64,000 nucleotides of DNA from a virus (lineage: Duplodnaviria; Caudoviricetes): IMG/VR virus record IMGVR_UViG_3300037067_004891, positions 160,001 through 224,000 of that record; one strand, given 5' to 3'. Shown in pieces: positions 1-9,157 of the stretch. A program made the position numbers and the translations under genes. The first letter of the stretch is position 1. Each line of letters begins with the position of its first letter. The notes under the pieces are model-generated. The model did not search any database. It worked only from the letters and a program-made list of their open reading frames with translations, and was not told where the DNA came from.

Positions 1-649
1 TCAACGCTTCATTTTTAACATTTTCAAAACACCATTTATAATTATATGGTGTGGGTCGTGTCATATGAGAACAGATATTATCAATCCATTTATTTCTTAT
101 TGTAGCTTGATATATGTTTTTATTTTTATATTTGAATTCGCTTCTATGTTTATATTTCAAAGCTTCTTTTGCACAAGTTTCAAATGTATATTTAAGTTCA
201 CTTCCACCTAATGCACCAGCTTTTACCTTGTTTAAAACACTCCATCCATTGTTTTTATATTTTTCAATATAAAATGTTTCTAATTTTTGAGCTTCTTTTT
301 TATCGATATATTCAGTTAATTTATAACAAATACCTAAACATGAAGATAACTGTTTATAAACTGAACTTCTTTTATCTACTGAATGATTATATTTTCGTTC
401 TTCAAAATTATATGTTAAACCAATATATGCTGAGTTATCTTCAAATTCCCAAACATAAATACAACGTTTAACTCTATTACCAAGTATTAACATATGTGAA
501 CATACGATGTCATACCACTTATTAGATTTTGCAGCACAGTACGCACCATTGCTATATTTTTTGAAATCTTTTTTATATTTATATTTTAGAGCTTCTTCTT
601 TAACTCTTTCAAAATTCCAATAATACATTGGTTTATTAACTTTATTCAT
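1..649 (-). CDS. GIY-YIG-like homing endonuclease with repeated helical modules (runs off window start)
   Basis: Manual translation from ATG at 649 is open to position 2; CIYVWEFEDNSAYIGLT motif and repeated EALKY...W.D..CSHM modules; not in the ORF track because it has no stop in the window. Confidence 0.7.
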   Translation of the reverse strand, partial: MNKVNKPMYYWNFERVKEEALKYKYKKDFKKYSNGAYCAAKSNKWYDIVCSHMLILGNRVKRCIYVWEFEDNSAYIGLTYNFEERKYNHSVDKRSSVYKQLSSCLGICYKLTEYIDKKEAQKLETFYIEKYKNNGWSVLNKVKAGALGGSELKYTFETCAKEALKYKHRSEFKYKNKNIYQATIRNKWIDNICSHMTRPTPYNYKWCFENVKNEAL

Positions 650-656
650 TAAAAAC

Positions 657-688
657 GTCACATTTTTTATTATATATAAAAATGTGAC
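657..688 (-). promoter_or_regulatory. 11-bp inverted repeat enclosing TATATA motif, base 8 nt upstream of endonuclease ATG
   Basis: GTCACATTTTT (657-667) / AAAAATGTGAC (678-688). Confidence 0.55.
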
Positions 689-751
689 CAGTTCGTTCTA
701 TTCTAAAATACTTTCAATAATATGGTTTCGTTTTATATTTTATGTATAAAA

Positions 752-1000
752 TCATAATTCTAAAAATTCTTTAATTTTTTCTTTTCTTATCAATCTTTTT
801 ATTTTTATTAGGTCAGAATCATTCTCAATCAAATATAAGTATTTGTCTATTATATACACATTTTCGAATGGTATATCAGATTTTTCAATAAAATTTTCTT
901 TTAAACAAATCTCAAATTCATTATCAGCTATTCTAATAAAAATTTTACGGTTTAATAAATGTTTGCTATTTATTTTATATCTTTTGTGAAAGAAATCCAC
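752..1000 (-). CDS. small hypothetical protein (5' end probably disrupted by IS-end remnant)
   Basis: ORF track; its GTG start lies inside the hairpin at 990-1027. Confidence 0.45.
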   Translation of the reverse strand: MDFFHKRYKINSKHLLNRKIFIRIADNEFEICLKENFIEKSDIPFENVYIIDKYLYLIENDSDLIKIKRLIRKEKIKEFLEL

Positions 1001-1027
1001 GAAATCTTTAGTTTAGCGGTAAGTTCA
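990..1027 (+). mobile_element. isolated IS200/IS605-like end hairpin (PATE-like remnant)
   Basis: AAGAAATCCACGAAATCTTTAGTTTAGCGGTAAGTTCA closely resembles the reverse complement of 5725-5760 (AGGAAACCACTAAATCTTTAGTTTAGTGGTTGTTCA). Confidence 0.55.
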
Positions 1028-1067
1028 TAATCTGGAAAAAAATTTAAGATTTTTTAATTCCATCCAA

Positions 1068-2060
1068 CTATGTATTATAAATACGTTTAATATTATTAAA
1101 TTCATCCTTTACTGTTTCAGAATTTATATTTTCACTAATAATAGTATCCAAATCGAATATATCATAAGTTTTTTCTTTTTCAATGCACACTTCATCTTCT
1201 TGTTTGATATAATGTATGTTTTTTATATTTAACAATGAAAGTTTCAATTGAAATTCCGAATTATCAGAAAGTTCAGAATTAATATTCAAATTGACAAAAT
1301 TATTATTAAGATAATCTTCATCCAGATTTTTTAATTCTTCTATCGAATTTATATGTTTTGTTTCAAATTTGAAATTTATAGTATTTGGTATAAACATATT
1401 TTTACCTGTTTTTACATCTAATACATTTAAACCATTGAATTTTGATTTGAAATTTAATGAATATGGGGATTCTATACACATTATATTGTCTTTAATGTTA
1501 TCATTAACACCAGTATAAATATATTTATATTCAATTAAATTTAAATTTGATATTTCATTATTAACAAATAAAAATTCACTATCAGAATATTGTTCAATTT
1601 TTTCAACAGGTTCTAATATTTTATTGAAATGATTTAAAAAAATATTTTTATTTTCTATTTCTTTTTTTATGTTTTTGTGATAAGCGTATAACTGAACTTT
1701 ATTATCATATAATGTTGCTGATTTGTCAATAATATAAATATTTTTGATATTCTTTAATATAGACAATGTGTTCGAGTTACCATAAATATCATATTTACTC
1801 AGTAAGACGAAAATAGGTATTTGTTCTGATAATTGTTCAAATATAGAAACTGTTTGATGGATTGTTTTAATATTTATATTTTCACTTCTATTAAAGAAGT
1901 TACCCAAATGAATTAGGCAATCGTTTTCTTTTTTATATTTTTTAATAAAAGGTATTAAATATTCAAAATAGAATTTTCCTGATTCTTCCAGAGATTTGTT
2001 CAAATCAAAAAATTCTTTATATCCGAACGTACTATTACCTATTATGAAAATTTTAGACAT
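1068..2060 (-). CDS. gp47/SbcD/Mre11-like metallophosphoesterase-fold protein with degenerate metal ligands
   Basis: Likely start MSKIFIIG at 2060; IIGNSTFG, IHLGNFFN and LLSKYD align with DxH, GDxxD and GNHD. Confidence 0.65.
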   Translation of the reverse strand: MSKIFIIGNSTFGYKEFFDLNKSLEESGKFYFEYLIPFIKKYKKENDCLIHLGNFFNRSENINIKTIHQTVSIFEQLSEQIPIFVLLSKYDIYGNSNTLSILKNIKNIYIIDKSATLYDNKVQLYAYHKNIKKEIENKNIFLNHFNKILEPVEKIEQYSDSEFLFVNNEISNLNLIEYKYIYTGVNDNIKDNIMCIESPYSLNFKSKFNGLNVLDVKTGKNMFIPNTINFKFETKHINSIEELKNLDEDYLNNNFVNLNINSELSDNSEFQLKLSLLNIKNIHYIKQEDEVCIEKEKTYDIFDLDTIISENINSETVKDEFNNIKRIYNT

Positions 2061-2061
2061 A

Positions 2062-2349
2062 TTAATTTTGTAATTCAGTTTCTCTAATTCCCCACCACTG
2101 ATCGAAATCATATGGAAAATTTTGTTTATATTCTTCATCGTCATCACATTTCATGAGTTCATCATATTCTTTTTTCTTCTCATATCTATGAAATTCCATT
2201 GCGGTTTCAGCACCTTGCCTTGTTCTATGAATACTCATAGTATGAGCTGTACTTTCGCAACAAGAACTATTATATAAAAATTCATAAACTATTTTCATTG
2301 TTAAAATATTATTATATATAAACAACACAATATTTCTTTCTAATAGCAT
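2062..2349 (-). CDS. hypothetical protein
   Basis: ORF track; true start probably the internal MKIVYEF. Confidence 0.55.
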   Translation of the reverse strand: MLLERNIVLFIYNNILTMKIVYEFLYNSSCCESTAHTMSIHRTRQGAETAMEFHRYEKKKEYDELMKCDDDEEYKQNFPYDFDQWWGIRETELQN

Positions 2350-2626
2350 CTTTCAAAGCCCTTGATGCTTTACTATAATAAAGACTTTGGAAACTGTAAA
2401 TATAACCAGCATCACAACAAGCCACATATCTATTAGCTTCTTCTTCAGAAATATCGGATACTTTACACATTTGGATTAGGTTCATTGGTTTCTCATATTT
2501 ACACAACCAACTATCAGCATAATCCAACGTATTAAATCCTTTTATTTTATATGGTCTATTAAAAAAAACCTTTTCTTCAATATGAAGAAACCTACAAACT
2601 ATTCTATTAATAACTCTACGTATCAT
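2312..2626 (-). CDS. hypothetical protein
   Basis: ORF track; its ATG falls within the decayed terminal repeat of array 1. Confidence 0.55.
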   Translation of the reverse strand: MIRRVINRIVCRFLHIEEKVFFNRPYKIKGFNTLDYADSWLCKYEKPMNLIQMCKVSDISEEEANRYVACCDAGYIYSFQSLYYSKASRALKDAIRKKYCVVYI

Positions 2627-2845
2627 ATTTTGTTATATTCACCTCACCGATCTTATTGAATTTATCTTCCTATATACAGTTGTGTCAACCCTCATTTTTG
2701 TGTGTTCACTCACTCAATTGTTAATGCCCCACCACTTGCAGCATGTTGTGTCAACCCTCATTTTTGTGTGTTCACTCACCTATTTACAACTCTTAAATCA
2801 TATTTTTCTGTTGTGTCAACCCTCATTTTTGTGTGTTCACTCACC
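2623..2845 (-). CRISPR. CRISPR-like array 1 (repeat A): 3 full repeats plus 1 decayed
   Basis: Repeat GGTGAGTGAACACACAAAAATGAGGGTTGACACAAC (minus strand) at 2810-2845, 2745-2780, 2679-2714 (1 mismatch); decayed copy ~2623-2648; spacers 29, 30, 30 nt. Confidence 0.85.
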
Positions 2846-3111
2846 ATACCCTTAATTAATTCATTAATAGTTAGATCATTAAGATGATATTTCGTTTCTA
2901 AAACTTGATAAATTTTATAATAATTATAAAATAAAACATATGTTTTCTTATCGTAACTAAAATAAACAACGTCATTTTTCTTTCCAACTAAAATATCAGA
3001 ATTATACTTAGAAGCAAACCACTCAGTATCTTTAATTATTTGCCATAAAAAATACTTAGGACTTCTCGCTTCTTGTATCTTTCGAATTACATCTAATATA
3101 TCTTCTTCCAT
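2776..3111 (-). CDS. array-fused cassette protein, copy 1
   Basis: MEEDILDVIRKIQEARSPKYFLWQ...GMVSEHTKMRVDTT+spacer; start set at 3111 by comparison with paralogs. Confidence 0.8.
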   Translation of the reverse strand: MEEDILDVIRKIQEARSPKYFLWQIIKDTEWFASKYNSDILVGKKNDVVYFSYDKKTYVLFYNYYKIYQVLETKYHLNDLTINELIKGMVSEHTKMRVDTTEKYDLRVVNR

Positions 3112-3323
3112 TTTTTCTTCTTCTACTCTTACTTCTCTAAGACTGTTCAAAAAATCTTACACAAAGTTTAACAAAGTTAAACAATTTGTTTAGATTTAAT
3201 TTCTTGCTTTATACGCTCGTTCTCAACTATGACCTTGATATAAAACAATTGGTTACCCATGTGTTTTATTGAACACTACATCCCAGTCACCATCTTCAGA
3301 TGTGAAATTTTCATAAACTTTAC

Positions 3324-4421
3324 TCAATTCCATTCTATTATATTTTTTGATTCATCAGATTTACTAATCAAAACGTGTTTAATATTTAAAATGTTACTTA
3401 TTTTCCGAATGAAGTCATCTTCATTTGAAGATACTATTATTTCATTTTTATATGTAAATCTATATTCATCTACAATGTGGTCAAGACATGTAATAACGAG
3501 TGTTTTGTTCAAACAAAACCGAATATAAGGGTCTTTATTTATACTATATAATAATAAATCCAAATTAAGTAATGCCCGTCTAAATTCTCCTTGGTGTGGA
3601 TGCGTTACATTGGTTTCATTTGGGTTTATTAAAATATTATGTGGTATATCCTCACCGACCATAGCACCATTACCATGTCTTGTTTGATAAGCTCTTGTAA
3701 TTAAATATAATTCTGGATTAATTCCAGTATCCAATATATTTTTAGTACTTACACAACTTCTGGTGACATGTGGAAAAAACCCTATATTTGGGTCTAATAA
3801 TAACCCCTGAGAACCTTCAAAAATATAATTTCCATAATAAGGAAAATCATATGCAGGTTTTATATTTTTAGAAGATATGATTCTTTCTACACTTTGAAAA
3901 AATCTATCTAAACTATTGTTAATTTTTAAATTGTAGAACTTTTTTATTTCATCTAATTTTATTCTCAGTACTGGTTCATAATATAAATCTCCGAATTGTA
4001 AAGAATAAAACTTTTCTTCTCTGTTTATTGTTGCACCAACACCCACGCCAACACTACCATGTTGGTTAATTTTCTCTAATTCTTGATTATAATAAATATC
4101 AAATGGTGTTGTAATAGGGCATCTTTCATCAATATATAATAATGGTTGAACTCCTTTTTCAATTAAAATATCTAATTCTTTTATTAGTCCAACTGGGTCA
4201 ACAGTACAACATTTCGCCCAATACGATGGAACACCACGTAATGTACCAGAACCAAAATTTGAAAAGACGTGTCTTATACCATTTAAAAATACAGTATGAC
4301 CACATTGCTGACCACCTGAAAATCTAATAACTAAAGTATTATTAGAATGGGAACAAAGGTAATCGGTTGTTATGCCCTTACCCTCATCCCCATACCCTAT
4401 GCCAATTACAGCTCTATTCAT
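3324..4421 (-). CDS. purA: adenylosuccinate synthetase-like protein (PurA family)
   Basis: GYGDEGKG P-loop, GGQQCGHT, EGSQG, YQTRHGNG motifs. Confidence 0.85.
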   Translation of the reverse strand: MNRAVIGIGYGDEGKGITTDYLCSHSNNTLVIRFSGGQQCGHTVFLNGIRHVFSNFGSGTLRGVPSYWAKCCTVDPVGLIKELDILIEKGVQPLLYIDERCPITTPFDIYYNQELEKINQHGSVGVGVGATINREEKFYSLQFGDLYYEPVLRIKLDEIKKFYNLKINNSLDRFFQSVERIISSKNIKPAYDFPYYGNYIFEGSQGLLLDPNIGFFPHVTRSCVSTKNILDTGINPELYLITRAYQTRHGNGAMVGEDIPHNILINPNETNVTHPHQGEFRRALLNLDLLLYSINKDPYIRFCLNKTLVITCLDHIVDEYRFTYKNEIIVSSNEDDFIRKISNILNIKHVLISKSDESKNIIEWN

Positions 4422-4433
4422 TAAATAATTGTT

Positions 4434-5333
4434 TTATAACATATCACTTGGACTAAACTCGGTTGTGTCAGAAACTGTGATTGAATTAGATGAACTGGGT
4501 GTATAATCCTGTTCTTTAACTTTAGGGTTTTCACTTTTTTGAACTTTAAGAATAGTTTCAGAAATAATATTTGCTACATCATTCTTATTTTCAACAATAA
4601 TGAGTTTATCACCCATAAGTTGTTTCCAACCATTAATAGTCTCTTGGCGACCACCAGCATTTGTTTGTTTTATATGTAAGTGATAAACATGATATTTTTC
4701 ACAAGCTTTTTCTAAAAGAGAATCAGATGTGTAATCACTATGTTGTCCTTCACCTATCAGTTCTTTAACAGCATTTTTGGGTAAATTCTTTAAAGTTGGT
4801 TCGTCACCGATAGTGAATATAAATCCTTTGTTGTTTCTCTTTTCAAAACAATCAATTGAAGTATGATATGCAGCAAAATACCATGCAAGTAAATAACTTT
4901 CACCTTCGTTACCACCACCACCACCTTCAAGATATACATCAGTTAACCATTTATCAAGTAATTCATCACTTGACTCGAATTGAGCCACCTGTAAGGGTGA
5001 ATTATCTTCTTCGTGGTCTCCAATGGCAAGAAAAAGCACTTGTGGGTCAGCTATACCGCCAGTGATAATTTTTTCCATTATATTGGGTAATCCTTCTTTC
5101 ACAAGAAAATGTGGAATAGACCCCATAGAACCAGTAACATCTAAACCCAGTATAATTGATACCGAATTTGGGTGTTCATTAGAATCTCTCGACTCTCTAA
5201 TAGCGACTCCAAATGGATTCATTGCATTATTAATGGAACGCTGTTTGAAAATCTCATGAGTTGATTTAGTCTTATATCCTAAATCAGCAGCCCTTACTGA
5301 ACGAGAATGTAAGGAATACTCACCACAACCCAT
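4434..5333 (-). CDS. vWA-domain protein
   Basis: MIDAS-type LDVTGSMG, GGGGNEGESY and FTIGDE motifs. Confidence 0.8.
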   Translation of the reverse strand: MGCGEYSLHSRSVRAADLGYKTKSTHEIFKQRSINNAMNPFGVAIRESRDSNEHPNSVSIILGLDVTGSMGSIPHFLVKEGLPNIMEKIITGGIADPQVLFLAIGDHEEDNSPLQVAQFESSDELLDKWLTDVYLEGGGGGNEGESYLLAWYFAAYHTSIDCFEKRNNKGFIFTIGDEPTLKNLPKNAVKELIGEGQHSDYTSDSLLEKACEKYHVYHLHIKQTNAGGRQETINGWKQLMGDKLIIVENKNDVANIISETILKVQKSENPKVKEQDYTPSSSNSITVSDTTEFSPSDML

Positions 5334-5686
5334 TATTCAGACCCTCCAAATAAAAATTCATACCTTTTCTTGGCAATTTCTAACATGATTTCAGTATTGC
5401 GAATTTTCAAACCTAATTCAAGGTCTTTATCAACAAATTCAATACTCTTGAAATCACTTGCTACAATAAGTGATTGTGCATTTGTTGGAGAAAGGTCAAG
5501 CATGTTTTCGAGTTCCCTTTTCATCCTTTTTAAAGATGTTTCCAAATCCTCAATCTTACGCTTGTAAATCATTTGTGTATCTTCAACAATAGCAAGCGCA
5601 CGGTCATCCCGTATCTGTTTGTTATTGCGTTTTAACGAGCTGTAAAATGCACCAATCGTTTCCATTTGATCTTTTGAATTTTCCAT
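5333..5686 (-). CDS. hypothetical coiled-coil protein, coupled to vWA gene
   Basis: ORF track; stop/start overlap at 5333. Confidence 0.7.
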   Translation of the reverse strand: MENSKDQMETIGAFYSSLKRNNKQIRDDRALAIVEDTQMIYKRKIEDLETSLKRMKRELENMLDLSPTNAQSLIVASDFKSIEFVDKDLELGLKIRNTEIMLEIAKKRYEFLFGGSE

Positions 5687-5724
5687 AAAAATTGTTTTAA
5701 TTTTTGATTAATAATAATTATAAA

Positions 5725-6015
5725 TGAACAACCACTAAACTAAAGATTTAGTGGTTTCCTGCTAACCTCAGTCATAATATCTCGCAAGGCGTGTATTTCA
5801 GTAGTTCTTACCGTATTTGTTTTCAACCACCTCACACAACCATGTTTGCTAATCAAGATTTCTTGTTCGTGATTCAGTAGATTCTATATTTATAAGTTCT
5901 AAACATTTTATATTATAGTTATATTTTTGTAAAAAAGTTTACTTTATTTATAATTTTATTTTATCTGGTCAAAATTCATCCCACGAAGCTAAAGACTTCA
6001 GGGATTTCTTTTTAA
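5725..6015 (-). mobile_element. non-autonomous, internally deleted IS200/IS605 tnpB element
   Basis: Left-end hairpin 5978-6005, right-end hairpin within 5725-5760 ending TTCA, decayed tnpB 5' end from 5906 (MFRTYKYRIY..NHEQEILISKHGCVRW), TTGAT just outside the left end. Confidence 0.7.
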
Positions 6016-6131
6016 ATCAATAAAAATGTTTTTATTTTTTAGAGAATTATTTATGTTCATTATAAAAAAGATTTTGGTATATATCCTTAATTTGGTATAT
6101 TCACTTACCATACATTTACCAGAATAACACA

Positions 6132-6389
6132 TCAATTATTATTGATAAAAGAAATTATTTCATCCCAAGTTTCAATATCAACATTTTCAAGTTCGAAATC
6201 ATGATAATATGAAGAATTTGTATCATCATCCTCAGATAACCTACCACTGATACAAAAAATATCACCATAGAATCTGAGATTTAAAACCAATATTCCTTCA
6301 TCAATATTTATTGTTTGATTCGAATCTCTTTTAGATTGAACAGAACCATCAAAAGCATTAACAACATTAAGGACATCATTCTTTTCCAT
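6132..6389 (-). CDS. hypothetical protein
   Basis: ORF track. Confidence 0.55.
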   Translation of the reverse strand: MEKNDVLNVVNAFDGSVQSKRDSNQTINIDEGILVLNLRFYGDIFCISGRLSEDDDTNSSYYHDFELENVDIETWDEIISFINNN

Positions 6390-6474
6390 TTGAATAGTTA
6401 TTTACCATCATCATCCATAATACTGATAAAGTCGTTTTTAATTGAATAATCTAAAGTTAACATGTGTCATATTA

Positions 6475-8397
6475 TTAGTAAGTTTCTAAAAATTCATTTT
6501 TAAACATGATTGGGATGCCAAGTTGTGTAGCCTTTTCAAATTTACTTGAACCACTATTTTTATCCTTTACCAATAGGTGTGTAGTGTTTTTGGAAACTCC
6601 AGAAGCATTTTTGCCCCCATTTTCTTCAATCATCTTAGATAATTCAGCATCTCTGAACCCAGTCATACAAACATTGAAACCATCATATTTATTACTTTTT
6701 AATTCTACTTTTGGTGATTTAGCGTATGCAACTTTTATTGGTAAGTTCTGATGATAAAGATTATATTCTTTCAGACCAACGTAAAAAGCTTTGGCTTTTA
6801 TTTCACCAATACCTTCTATTTCACAAAGCTGCTCAATTACATTCGAATCATCAAAATCACCTTTGAAATTATCGAATACCCTTTGTGAATCCTTCTCACC
6901 AAGTTTACCTTCAAATAAATCGAGTGCGTGTATAATTTTAGCTAATGGTAAACCATCCCGATGAAGTTTATCAAACTGTGTTAATAATTTTGTTATGGAT
7001 TTATCAGCCCAACCTTCAAATTTATAAAGTTCATCATAGGTGATATTCAATAATTTTTTCGGGGTGTCATATCCAGCATTAAATATTTTTTCTATTTCTT
7101 TTTCACCAAAATTTTCAATTTTTATATTGGTGAAAAAAGATATTTGTTTATTAAGTAGCCGTTCGGGACACTTTATGTTATTACACATTAATTCGGTGTG
7201 AGTTTCATCCCAATAAGTTTCAGAACCACAACAAGGACATTTTTTTAATTGTTCCCTTAATTTATCGATTTCACTCTGATTATGGGTAAACGTTTTAAGG
7301 TGTTTTGGAATCACATCTCCAGAACGAGTTATTTCAACAATTGAACCAGCAGCAATATGATTTTCAAAAACATAATTCATATTGTAACAAGTAAAATTTG
7401 AAACCTCGACATTGGTTATTATAGTAGGTTCAATCTGAGCAACTGGTTTAATTTTACCCTGTTTAGAAACCCCCAATCTTAAAGACAAGCAATTAACTTT
7501 AACTTTTGTAGACCATTCTGGTAATTTTAATGCACGGGCGTAGACAGGATTATTATTTCTTTCTCGACCAAGTTCTTCACGAAGGTTGTTATCATCAATT
7601 TCAATCACCAAACCATCAATTTCGAATGTCTCACTTATTTTATTGTATATATTATTGAAATTTTCAAGTGTGAAATCATCCATATTCATCAATTCATAAT
7701 AAACTGGAATTTCATTTATCTGATTTACTAAATCCAATTGGTCAGATTTGTTCAGACATGTACCATCAGTATTTTCCACACCATAACGAACATATGTTCC
7801 ATGTTTAAGAAGTTCTTTATTTACTGATTTTTTAGTGTTTATTTGTCCAGCAATTGTGTTTCTTGCTGCTTTAAATGGTTTACCGTCTCTCGGATTTAAC
7901 TTTCCTTCGAAATTTTCCTTCCAATCTTTTTTGGTGATAATACATTCACCGTAGGTGACATCATTTTCTGTTATAAAATCTGATATGTTTTTACCAGTTT
8001 TTAATATTAAATAATGTTCATCTTTAATTTCACCAGTGATTCCTTTACCCCTTGTCCAACATTTTTTAATAATTTCTTTTGTGCAGAGAGATAAACCATC
8101 ATATTTACCAGTTGCGATGAAAATAGTATCCTCTGGTATCCCCTTACTTTTACACCACGATTTAATTTCTTCTATACTATGAAATTTATCCAAAGAATAC
8201 ATTTTAATTGGAAGTAATTCAGCATCTTCTAACGATTGCTCTATAACGCCATCGGCTGTTATATCTTCATCATCTGGATATTTTTCGACAAAATCATAAT
8301 ACACCTCATCATATTCAGCATCAGTTACTGTCGTATTACCACTACGATATTCTTTGTCTCTGGTTATAATCCACTCTTTTTGTTCTTCTCGTGTCAT
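6475..8397 (-). CDS. ligA: NAD-dependent DNA ligase
   Basis: TDAEYD, KYDG adenylation motif, IDGLVI, RSGDVIP, CPCC zinc finger, C-terminal BRCT (VSKNT, KATQLGIPI); likely start MTREEQ. Confidence 0.93.
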   Translation of the reverse strand: MTREEQKEWIITRDKEYRSGNTTVTDAEYDEVYYDFVEKYPDDEDITADGVIEQSLEDAELLPIKMYSLDKFHSIEEIKSWCKSKGIPEDTIFIATGKYDGLSLCTKEIIKKCWTRGKGITGEIKDEHYLILKTGKNISDFITENDVTYGECIITKKDWKENFEGKLNPRDGKPFKAARNTIAGQINTKKSVNKELLKHGTYVRYGVENTDGTCLNKSDQLDLVNQINEIPVYYELMNMDDFTLENFNNIYNKISETFEIDGLVIEIDDNNLREELGRERNNNPVYARALKLPEWSTKVKVNCLSLRLGVSKQGKIKPVAQIEPTIITNVEVSNFTCYNMNYVFENHIAAGSIVEITRSGDVIPKHLKTFTHNQSEIDKLREQLKKCPCCGSETYWDETHTELMCNNIKCPERLLNKQISFFTNIKIENFGEKEIEKIFNAGYDTPKKLLNITYDELYKFEGWADKSITKLLTQFDKLHRDGLPLAKIIHALDLFEGKLGEKDSQRVFDNFKGDFDDSNVIEQLCEIEGIGEIKAKAFYVGLKEYNLYHQNLPIKVAYAKSPKVELKSNKYDGFNVCMTGFRDAELSKMIEENGGKNASGVSKNTTHLLVKDKNSGSSKFEKATQLGIPIMFKNEFLETY

Positions 8398-8405
8398 ATA
8401 ATTAT

Positions 8406-8783
8406 TTATTTTAATATTTTGTGTAATATTGAATCGCCATCCCAAGTAAATTGTGCAGTTGTTATATCATAATTAAATATGTAAATATAGGTATTTACAT
8501 TATTTGGTATAATATATTCACCAGCTATTGAAAATGTGTAATTTTCGGTAATTATAAATGTTGCTGTTAATGTATCTTTAAAAAATTTTTCAAAAATAAC
8601 AGTACTTTTAATAAATCCAGCATTTATTGTATCACAAACAATTTTGTGTGTAGTATCTTGTAATATAATATTTGATGTTTTTTGCTGTTTAGATAATATA
8701 GAGAAACTACAACTCATCAATGATAATGATATTACCAATGATAAGAAATAAAAACATTTGTAATTTTTTTTCATTAAATTCAT
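8406..8783 (-). CDS. putative lipoprotein/membrane protein
   Basis: Basic N-terminus, hydrophobic stretch, LMSC lipobox-like motif. Confidence 0.5.
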   Translation of the reverse strand: MNLMKKNYKCFYFLSLVISLSLMSCSFSILSKQQKTSNIILQDTTHKIVCDTINAGFIKSTVIFEKFFKDTLTATFIITENYTFSIAGEYIIPNNVNTYIYIFNYDITTAQFTWDGDSILHKILK

Positions 8784-8941
8784 TTTTTATAGCACCACAA
8801 AAATAATAAAAAAATAAATATAATAATTAAATATTAACTTATTTTTTAACAATTTTAAAATTTTATTTCAAAAATAAAACATTTTAATACATTTGCAATA
8901 TATCAACCGATGATATTAATCATGATAAAAATCATACTTTT

Positions 8942-9157
8942 ATGTACGATAACATTGATAAAATTTATGGTGTTCCGATTAAAGAAATAGCTTGTCCAAG
9001 TTGTGGCAAAAAATACGGACACCACAAAACAAAGGTAGACACGTTATCAGAAGAATGTAGTTCTTGTGTAAAGGATGCTGGTTACAAAGAAACTAATTTT
9101 GTATCAGCAAAAGAATTTATTGAAAATATACTCGGATATAAACCATATATGTATTAG
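8942..9157 (+). CDS. small zinc-ribbon protein
   Basis: CPSC...CSSC; TACATTTG upstream at 8888-8895. Confidence 0.6.
   Translation: MYDNIDKIYGVPIKEIACPSCGKKYGHHKTKVDTLSEECSSCVKDAGYKETNFVSAKEFIENILGYKPYMY

Noticed and set aside
211-471. Short antisense ORFs overlapping larger genes (e.g. 211-471, 3259-3528, 41749-42276, 49744-50106)
   Set aside because: Shadow frames of well-supported opposite-strand genes
3324-4421. PurZ (2-aminoadenine DNA) assignment
   Set aside because: The P-loop keeps the PurA-type Asp (GDEGKG) rather than the Ser seen in PurZ, and no datZ/mazZ neighbours are visible
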